DNA of 64,000 nucleotides from Lingula anatina (lineage: Eukaryota; Animalia; Brachiopoda): the NCBI GenBank assembly GCA_051362555.1, contig CM120641.1, forward strand, positions 45,080,401 through 45,144,400, given 5' to 3'. The notes under the pieces are model-generated. The model searched no databases. It was given only the letters and a program-made list of their open reading frames with translations, and was not told the origin of the DNA. Each line of letters begins with the position of its first letter. Within the stretch, counting starts at the first letter, position 1. Positions 23,577 through 64,000 of this stretch are shown in pieces. The position numbers and the translations under genes are program-made.

Positions 23577-24594
23577 TTAAAAACATTTATTAATTTATGG
23601 AAATAACCTCTTTCTTTTATCCTTACAGCTGCCCCGTTTGCAGATATCCAGTGCCCTCCTGTCTGTGAAACCATCAGCTGTTCACTGGGGTATGTCCTCG
23701 ACGAGAATGGATGTGAAACATGTGAATGCAAAGGTACAGGGAATATTAGCATTAGGCCCTATCTCACGATGCCTGTTCTCATACTCTCCTCATGCTAGTC
23801 GTAGCGATAATGAAAGTTAATTCAGTGTCAAAAAATTTAATACGATTTTGATCTATAACTGAAGGTAAAATGCTGTAAGGGTTTTCTAATCCTATCAAAC
23901 TTTTGCCTTTGACTATCAAATCTAATTTTCTACACGTATATATAAACAAGCACACATCATAGGCCACGTGTGATGGTTCAAGATGTAACCAACTAATCGA
24001 TAGTCTGCTTATACTATCATAAGAGTTTTTGTTATTATTATTACTTTTTTTCTTATTTTTAGAGTGGACAGACGTTGAAGAAGGGGCTACTCACAACGTC
24101 AATCCGGCTACGCTAGGCGACGACGACGACGTTGAGCGCGACGTGGGCGGGTGCAAAGCTCTGAACTGTGGAGACTTGACCTGCGACAGCGGCTACCAGA
24201 TGGGGCCGGACAAATGTCCTGTTTGTAAATGTAACGATGATGGTATGTCTTTGACGTGTCTCTCGTTTGACTTTTTTCTTACTATTTGAAGAACGCTGGT
24301 TTTGAAAAAAGCAACAATACCTACATTTTTAATAGTATGAAAGTTATGAAAAATACATTCGGTTTCTTTTTTTAGTTTTTTTTTTTTTCAGACTGATATG
24401 TATGGGTATCAGACTTATTTTGAAATGCCCCTTTTCTTTAAAAATTAAAAACGTTTCAGTGCATGATTTATGAGACTTCGGTATTGTAACCGAAAGTGAT
24501 GTTCTGTTCTTTTCGTCATCATTAATTGCAAAGGTTTGTTTTCCATTTTTCAGATTGGTCGCAGGCGTTAAAAGCAATTGCTGACATCGTGTAA
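23203..24594 (+). CDS. Secreted acidic two-domain antistasin-like protein (gene B)
   Basis: Exons 23203-23254 (MICLNLAFLLATAAFAR), 23629-23733 (CPPVCETISCSLGYVLDENGCETCEC), 24063-24242 (acidic linker + CKALNCGDLTCDSGYQMGPDKCPVCKC), 24554-24594 (DWSQALKAIADIV*); phase-1 introns; AATAAA near 24705. Confidence 0.88.
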
Positions 24595-25564
24595 AAGTTA
24601 CCCATGAAAGAGCCTTATCCTATTCAAATATGAACAGACGATCGTCTGCAGCAATCATAACATGTATGACATTTTTTATCAGAGCCTGCAAGCATTAACC
24701 AGAAAATAAATGACTAAAATACATTTATTTTGTCCTTCGTACATTTGAAATTAGCTAATTCTGATTCAATGGTTTTGAAAATTAGAAAATAGCAAAATAT
24801 ACGGCTTTGACGAGTGTCGGCGTCTATTGTTCAATCAGCGTTCGGTGACGAATGTTAACGATTATGAAAGAGTACTGAACTTTGGTAGCGTCTACGGCAA
24901 ATTCCAATTCGTTTCTCATATGATGAAAACAGAAAAAAAAAAGAAAACTTGGTGCAGTTCTGAGAAAAGCAACGAGAAACGAATTCTAACAATTTGTCTA
25001 AAGAAATCCATTAAAATATCTATCTGACAACATTCCACTCTAAAAAATTCTCAGCAGGTTTAGATTTAATCCTCAAGTTGTTAGAAAAAGCTTACAGGTA
25101 TTTCAAGAGACAGATGATGGAATTATGCCTTCTACAGCTCAAAGTTATGTAACATGCGTTTTGAGTATGGGAACTTCAAAACTCCTAAAAATGACCTGTA
25201 GTAAAAATTAAAACAATAATGTCAGTCATTTAAAAAGCAAAGACATTTTAATGTAGCTCTTTTTGATTTGAAAGGGCTAATAATACACTGATAGCTGAAT
25301 ACCTGAACATTCTTGAAAACCTGAGTAAAATTGCAACAGCTCTTTATTCTGTGTCAAAACCTATATCCTATCCGTTAATGATTAAAAGAACAAATATGAA
25401 GCATGTTGTAAAATAAAATGGACCTACTTTGATGATTGTATAATAATAAAACCATTGCCACTAATACTGTCCAATAAATATAAAACAGTCTGGATGCAGA
25501 AAATAGTCAGGTGGTGTAACTGATGCTGAAAATTTAATAGTTAAAACTATTCTTGTGGCTAAAA

Positions 25565-28407
25565 TCAACTCAAATCAACTTCATCAAACAATTTTGCTAT
25601 TTTTAAAGCAGTTTTCCCCATTCCCACAGACTGTAGGTTTGCTAAGATAGCCACTGTTACTCCCTGTGGCAGATTTTGACTGAGATCTACACATCTTCTT
25701 GGCAGAACAACCAGTGCACTGCTGGCACCAACAGCGCCCCCTGTGTGACTGACATAAAACCTCTGCTCACGGCAGCCACCGTGTTTCTGCATGTAAGGCA
25801 CCACAGCCCAGCCCATTCCATAATAACCATCAGCATCCCAGCTGCACTTTGTCTTTGGCACAGGTGTCCATAGGGTTAGTATAGTGTCTGGTTTGATGTA
25901 GCCAGGAGGGTTCTGACTATGAGGAACTGAAGCAGCTGTATTTCCTCTACCTTCAGTTTCAACCATCCCACTGCCTTGATACTGATATGCATACAACATG
26001 GCATTGCCAAATTTTACTAGGTCCTCCACTGTGGACACAAATCCTCCCCCTGCCCACTTCCATGAGTTGTCAACATAAGGTGCATTCACCAGTCTACCTT
26101 TATCATTCTTCACATAATACCTAAATAAATAAATAATAAAAACAAGCATGTCATAAAGAGAATCTTCCCAGAGGATTTTCTTTTGTCCTAGTACAGAACG
26201 GAGAAAAATATTAAAATCAGTGTGTCAGATATTTTATGCTCAAATGTATCATTTAAAAACAAGTTAATGGAAATTTATCCATATCATTCTCAACAGCTAC
26301 TGACACATCCCTTTTGTTATTTTAAATTCCATTTATGAAAATCTTCTGGTATGTGTGGATAAATTCCTTTTTTAGTCTACAAAAGATAATTTAATGCAGA
26401 TATGACTGCACGTAAAATATTTCACACTCTCACCTTGCCCTGTTGTATATGAGAGGTTCATTTTCATCTAGATATGTATTGACTAAACCCAAATCCTTAA
26501 AAATTTGCTTCATCTGGAGCTCAAATTTTTTTCCTGCTGCTTTTTGGATGACAGCACTTAGCAGACCATACCCATGGGTTGTATACAGAAATTCTTCACC
26601 TGCATGAAAAAAATTAATTCTATGTATTTCTTTAAAAAGTTAAATAATATTTAGGGACAGTCAATACAACACTATTCATTAAATAAAATAACATCATGAT
26701 AGAAAATTACAAGTCATTCGAAAATAATGACACTAATACCTTCTCCACCAAAGTTATTCTTTGACCACAATATTAAAATATTTCATTTCACTACTAATTC
26801 ATATAATATGATATGCAGTCCTACTAGTGTACCTGGTTTCTTTAAAAGTGGGTCATGCTTGAATAAGTCTAAGGTCTTGCAGACATCATCATACTTTTCT
26901 TTTATATAGTACTCATCAAACTGAAATTCATCCTTGTTACCATTTTTGCCCTGAAAAATCATCATATATTTAAAATTCATCTTCGGCCAACAATTTTTTT
27001 TAATGCACTGATCCTATTTGCAGCAAACCATCAACAGACTAAGGGTGCATTGCCAAAGATTCAGATACTATTGTTCTATGTAGATCAATCCAACTCTGTG
27101 GGGACTTTCCTGAAAGCAGTAAGATTAAGTGATCGACAAGCCTCCCGAGCAACTAAGGGTAATTAACTTTCATGTGTGCTGGACTTCTGGAAGTTTTTTC
27201 ACTTCTTTTGAGTGCAAGTGAACATATACACATATTTTGAGACACAAATCTAAACAGTTAACATAACTAATTTGTATAAAAGCAGGATAAGACTAACCTT
27301 CTTTTCATAATGGCGTATTCCACCTAAATGAGAAACTAACATCCTAGTGGTTAGTGTGACCTGAAGGAAGAAACAACAATTTTAAAGCAAAATGGTACAA
27401 AAAAAAGAAAGAATTGATATCATATGCAAAATGCAAGGAAGAAAAATTAAAAAATTTGATTCATTATAATTATAATATCAATTTTAATTTCCACTGAAAA
27501 AAAAATAAAAATGATAAAAACAAAGTTCATTTTTTTTCATAAAATGTTCCTGAAATCTGACTTAACAAAGTCAATACCCTCTATAAACCTTACTTTCAGT
27601 TATTTTGTCTATTCAACTATTCTGTGAAAACATCTTTGATTAAAATTAACATCAGTGAATTAATTCATCATCAAATTCAAAAAATTTCAATAATTTGGCG
27701 GGTATCTCTTCCAGCATGGTAAAAAATCAAACTAGCAGATTTGCCTCATCTGAGTACCCTTTTAACTCTTCTCCTGTTATTAATAACAAACCTTTTCACC
27801 CTTCCATTCCTTCTCAGGAAAGTCCTGCACATATTCTTGAACAGGTTTGTCCAGATCTAACTTGCCCTCTTCCATAAGCCTTGCAGCTGCCAGCATGGCC
27901 AAAGGTTTGCTGATACTGGCTATACGCATGACTGTTTCTGCTTTACAGGGAACTTGGTTCTCAATGTCAGAAAAACCATACCCTATATAATGAGCAAAAA
28001 TGTTCATTAGCTTGGAAGTTGGATCATTTACAAAAATAATGAAACACAAGCTGAAATATATGTTTTAATTTTAGCTAATGGCCAGCTTGGACGTTGGCCT
28101 TCATCAAACTGATGAGTATATATATATGTTTGAAATGAATCATGTCTCATTTCAAATAAAACAATTATTCTGTCTGGCATGGCAAATGTTAAGTACATAT
28201 TACCCTTCTTCCACACAGGAGTTCCATCAATGCTTACTGAAACAGATAGCCCAGGACTTCCGACTTCAGCCTAAAATGAGATATACAATATATTAATAAT
28301 ATCATAAATATGCATAATAAAATTGTTTTAATGCACGTGTGTGTCTCTTGTATGTGGGTGCAAATGTTTGTGAATGTGTTTGTAAATACATGTGTATGTT
28401 GTGTGTT

Positions 28408-28483
<76 letters not shown>

Positions 28484-28703
28484 CCACCTTTAACCCATTT
28501 AAAATCTGTTCTGCTTGGGATATAGCAGATTCAAGAGTCCGGACATTGAGCTTTCTAGGCTTTCTCGTCCTTGTGTCTGCTATATTGTTTTCTCTCTGGT
28601 CGTTTTCTTCACATTTGACGCTCTTTATTCCGTACTGTCGGTACAACAAAACCGTTCCCGACCCAACAGTCACAGCAACTAGACCCTTAAGGAAGCCAGT
28701 CAT
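25565..28703 (-). CDS. LACTB: Serine beta-lactamase-like protein LACTB (mitochondrial), complete, 7 coding exons
   Basis: Exons 28703-28488, 28270-28204, 27982-27792, 27360-27298, 26950-26833, 26599-26434, 26120-25565. Motifs: MRIASISK (SxxK), SHLGGIRHY, FLYTTHGY (YxT), KWAGGGFVST, SHTGGAVGASS (HTG). Confidence 0.95.
28409..28480. repeat. (GA)n microsatellite in LACTB intron 1
   Basis: 36 GA units; on the sense strand a (TC)n tract a few nt downstream of the exon-1 donor. Confidence 0.97.
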
Positions 28704-29338
28704 ATTTTAACTAGTTGTATTACGATGCTTGTCGTATCTATATACATATAATTCTATTCAATTCCACTTATTACTACAACTAAACCACACAAGAACCATA
28801 TCTAAACAGCAATTCGTTTTAGTCCCATGGGCGCAGACATGTTGAAATATGACGTCACGATAATGATGGTACAAAACTCACTGTGTTTCATATGGATAAT
28901 AGATCCAATGCATAAAGGTACCTTATAACATCAAATCTCTGTTAGACGTGCTAGCCCTGTCACGTACTCTTAATCTCCTAAATTTCATTATTGGTTCAAT
29001 CTTTAATTATTTTTTTAATGGTTTTAGCAGCATTTCTGGAGGATTAATTCCAGAGGATGGGTATAAAACGATAAAACCGACCTCGTTTTATCTTAACTTT
29101 TAATCAAATTAGCCATGTGGCACCTGAAAGTTGCCGACTAACAGTTTAAGAATTTGTTTGATTGTGTTTGGAACTCGTTGATCTCACTTGCGTACAACGT
29201 ACGCGTATTATCATATGACGTCGTCACGTGATCAAACATGGCAGCTTCCTTAAAGGAGAAAAAATGCACCTGATAAAGGTGTTTTGACTGCCAATGTAAT
29301 AATACTGACAGATGACTTAATTGGAGAGTTTTGGTGGA
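28704..29338. promoter_or_regulatory. Bidirectional promoter shared by LACTB and ZZEF1
   Basis: Divergent ATGs 635 bp apart with CpG retention. Perfect CRE TGACGTCA at 28850-28857 on the LACTB side; TGACGTCG overlapping GTCACGTGAT at 29216-29232 and YY1-like AAACATGGC at 29234 on the ZZEF1 side. Confidence 0.7.
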
Positions 29339-60468
<31,130 letters not shown>

Positions 60469-60563
60469 GTAAGTGATGTTCAATATATTTAGGCTACTCC
60501 AGATAGGTATACCAATAGATAGTACATGTGCTTATCTAAAAGAAGGTGTCTTCTTCTGTTTTC

Positions 60564-61770
60564 CTTTTTATGTACAGACACAGATGTGTCTGTACATATA
60601 GCCATCCTCTGCGTCTGTCGTCGCCGTCGTCGCCGTCGGCGCCGTCGTCGCCGTCGTGCACTTTTACCGATAACACGATAAGTGGAACACCGTTTTTACT
60701 TTTGGCTTGAAACTTACAGAACTGATGAATATTCGTAATACGCAGGTCAAGTTCGAAAATCAGCATGATCGGTTCACTTATAGGGAATTTAGGCTGTTTT
60801 TTCACTTTTTTCAGCATATATGCAGCACCGATAACACGATAAGTGGAAAATCATTTTACCTTTTGGCTTGAAACTTACAGAACTGATGAATATTCATAAT
60901 ACGCAGGTCAAGTTCGAAAATCAGCATGATCGGGTCACTTATAGGGAATTTATGCTGTTTTTTCACTTTTTTCAGCATAAATGAAGCACCGATAACATGA
61001 TAACTGGAAAACTGTTTTACTTTTTGGCTTGAAACTTACAGAACTGATGAATATTCATGATACGCAGGTCAAGTTCGAAAATCAGCGTGATTGGGTCATT
61101 TTTAATGAATTTAGGCTATTTTTTCTCTTTTTTCAGCATAAATGCAGCACCGATAACATGATAAATGGAAAACCATTTTACTTTTTGGCTTGAAACTTAC
61201 AGAACTGATAAATATTCATAATACGCAGGTCAAGTTCGAAAATCGGCATGATTGGGTCATTTTTTAGTGAATTTAGGCTATTTTTTCTCTTTTTTCAGCA
61301 TATATATACAGCACCGATAACACGATAACTGGAAAACCGTTTTGGCTTTTGGCTTGAAACTTAGAGAACTGATAAATATTTATAATACGCAGGTCAAGTT
61401 CGAAAATCAGCATGATCGGGTGACTTGTAGGGAAGTTATGCTGTTTTTTTTTTACTTTTTTCAGCATATATGCAGCACCGATAACACGATAAGTGGAAAA
61501 CAGCTTTACTTTTTGGCTTCAAACTTACAAAACTGATGAAGATTCATAATCCGCAGATCAAGTTCAAAAATCAGCATGATCAAGCCATTTTTAGGGGAGT
61601 TATGCTATTTTTTCACTTTTTTCAACATATATGCAACACTGATAACACTATATAAGAAAAACAGATAGGCCAATTGTCATTATACTTACAGGAGTGGTCA
61701 ATCTTACTAAAATGCAGGTTGAGTTGGAAAATCAGCATAATCTGGCCATTATTTTAGAAGTTATGCTGTT
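60564..61770 (+). mobile_element. Helentron-associated (HINE/DINE-1-like) element with internal ~162-bp tandem array (6-7 units)
   Basis: Starts TTTTTAT, then a 13-bp-stem hairpin tatgtacagacac-agat-gtgtctgtacata, a (GTC/GCC)n microsatellite at 60616-60657, and units beginning ccgataacacgataagtggaa at about 60667, 60828, 60989, 61150, 61313, 61477, 61638. Confidence 0.8.
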
Positions 61771-62184
61771 TTTTCACATTTCCTCAGATTCAATTCTTAA
61801 GCATGTTAACAGTCTCATTATTTAACTAATAAGATACGTAAAAGTGTTTGTTTGATATTTCCTGCATCTTTACAACATTGTTAGTTGATTATGTAAAAAT
61901 GATGGTAAACTTGATATCGTGTATTGTGTAATAAAGTGTCAAAAATGGAAATAAACTCATATCATATCATATTGCAGTTTGTTAGCTTCAATCATCAACT
62001 ATGTTCAGAATCTCAGAATGGAGGAAATTGGACATTTAACACTGTTCTATTGATATTTTTCCCATCTCATCAATTTTCTTAGTTGGTCATATAAAAATGG
62101 AAGTATACTGTTTATTTTGTTTTGTTTAAAAAGTGTTAAAATGGAAATAAACCCATTTCAGAACAGTGCTGTCTTTTTTATAGT

Positions 62185-63750
62185 TTGGCATTTTTAAGAT
62201 GTGACTTTGAAGTTCCATGAGCCTGCAGATCTTTGCTAGTCACATTTTCTGAATATCCATGATACTAATATTTTATGCTTAAAAATTGATGGTCATTATG
62301 CTGTAAAACATTATGTAATATTGCATCAAAATTTGAAGAAACCCCTATTTTGGGCACTGCTCCCATGCTGACCATTTAAGGAAAGTCATGTCACTTACTG
62401 TTCTCAAACTTACAGGAAAGAAACATGGGACTAAAATATAGCTTCAGTAGGCAATGCAGTCTGTTTGGTAAATTTTTCTGGTAGTTAAGCAGTTTTTTTG
62501 TGAAAATTTAATTTTTCACATATTGGCATTTTCAATGTATGACTTTGAAGTTCCATGATCCTGAAGACCTTTGCTTGTCACATTTTCTGAATATGCGTTA
62601 TACTAATATTTTATAATTAAAAATTGATGGTCATTATGCTGTTAAACATTATGTAATGTTGCATCAAAATTTGAAGAAACCCCTGTTTTGGGCACTGCTC
62701 CCATGATGACCATTTAAGGAAAATCGTGTCAATTACTGTTCTCAGACTTACAGGAAAGAAACATGGGTCTAAAATACAGCTTCAGTAGGCAATGCAGTCT
62801 GTTTGGTAAATTTTTCTGGCAATTAAACAGTTTTTTGTGAAAATGTAATTTTTCACATATTGGCATTTCCAAGGTGTGACTTAGAACCTCCACGGGCTTG
62901 AAGACCCATGCTAGTCACATTTTCTGAAAATTCATGACACTTATATTTTATTATTAAAAATCGATGGTCATTATGCCGTTAAGCATTATGTAATGTTGCA
63001 TCAAAATAGAAGAAAACACAATTTTGGGTGCTGCTGCCTTGATGACCATTATGGGAAAACTGTGTTACTTATTACTGTCAAACTTTCAAAAAAGAAACAC
63101 AGGACTAAAATGCAGCCTGAGTTGGAAAAGCAGTCTAATTGGCTTCTTTTTCTGGAAGCTATACATTTTAGTGTAATATTCATTATCTTTTTGGCATATT
63201 CATTGTGGGACTCAGAGCTCCCATGAACATGAAGCCGAATGGTAATCATATTTTCTACATGTCCATCCTATTTATAGTCAATAAACAAAAATTGGTGATA
63301 ATTATTCTCTAATTTATTATGTAATGTTACATCAAAATTGACAACAATCGTTTTGCACTGCTACTGCAAACATTATGAAAAGAAAACTGTGCTACTTATT
63401 ATCATTTTTAACTTACAAGTACGATTTTTAGGATTGGCCTTCAGCTCATATGAGAAAACCAGCTCTATTGGATTATCATTTTTATTGAATTTATGCATTT
63501 TTTGTGAAATTTTCATTTTTCTCATTCTGGCACTTTCTAAGTATAAACTTGAACTCCGATGGGCCTGAAGCCTTATGCTTTTAATTTCGTCTGTGTTACC
63601 TGTTGTGCATAAGTTGATGTTGACTGTGCAGTTAAACATAATGTATTATTGCATCAGGATTGGTAGTCTCCTATTTTGGGCATTATGGTTTTGTGCTTTT
63701 CTTAAAGTGTGACTTATGGGCCTAAAGACCTTTGAGTGGGTCAGTCTGTA
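62185..63750. repeat. Diverged ~337-bp tandem array (about 4.5 units)
   Basis: Units starting ttggcattt...gtgactttgaagttccatga at about 62185, 62523, 62860, 63191, 63527; similarity decays rightwards. Confidence 0.88.
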
Positions 63751-63951
63751 AATTACCCTTGGGTATCACTAGATTAATTTCAGAGTTATAAAGTCATTTG
63801 CCTTAATAGGCCATTAAATGAGATTACATAAAGCACACTTGTTGATATTTCCCTGTAAACTCCCAAAGGTAAAGCTCTCTGCTAGATTAATAATAAGGAA
63901 GCAGTGATAATTATGCAGGTAAATTTTGTTTAATATTGCAAATAAGTTTTA

Positions 63952-63953
<2 letters not shown>

Positions 63954-64000
<47 letters not shown>
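63954..64000. repeat. (TA)n microsatellite running off the window
   Basis: Directly visible. Confidence 0.97.

Noticed and set aside
25565-28703. Horizontally acquired beta-lactamase resistance gene
   Set aside because: Intron-containing canonical metazoan LACTB.
60667-61770. CRISPR-like array
   Set aside because: Whole ~162-bp units are homologous with no unique spacers; eukaryotic context and no cas genes.

Overview
AT-rich, intron-dense animal genomic DNA. A lophotrochozoan, probably a mollusc, is inferred from the antistasin-type genes and the Helentron/HINE-like repeat. Most ORF-track entries are artefacts; real genes were rebuilt by hand from GT-AG exons. In order: (1) the 3' part of a MICAL-like gene (+; 3.7-kb exon with two half-LIM fingers and three NPF motifs, bMERB domain, polybasic tail); (2) a complete EVG1/C22orf23-like gene (-) convergent with it, the same tail-to-tail pair as human MICALL1-C22orf23; (3) a nested foldback/MITE in the EVG1 promoter; (4) two small secreted antistasin-type genes (+) missed by the ORF track; (5) LACTB (-) head-to-head with (6) ZZEF1 (+; about 65 exons, unfinished at the window end). 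ZZEF1 carries a very young 5'-truncated L1/Tx1-type LINE in intron 3 and a HINE-like element with ~162-bp and ~337-bp tandem arrays in its last visible intron. No prokaryotic system, CRISPR array or RNA gene is evident, and I cannot claim a new multi-gene system. The best leads are the microsynteny, a candidate regulated acidic exon inside the bMERB domain, repeated duplication of splice-acceptor junctions in ZZEF1, a divergent acidic antistasin paralog, and a local cluster of TAGGCCTA palindromes.
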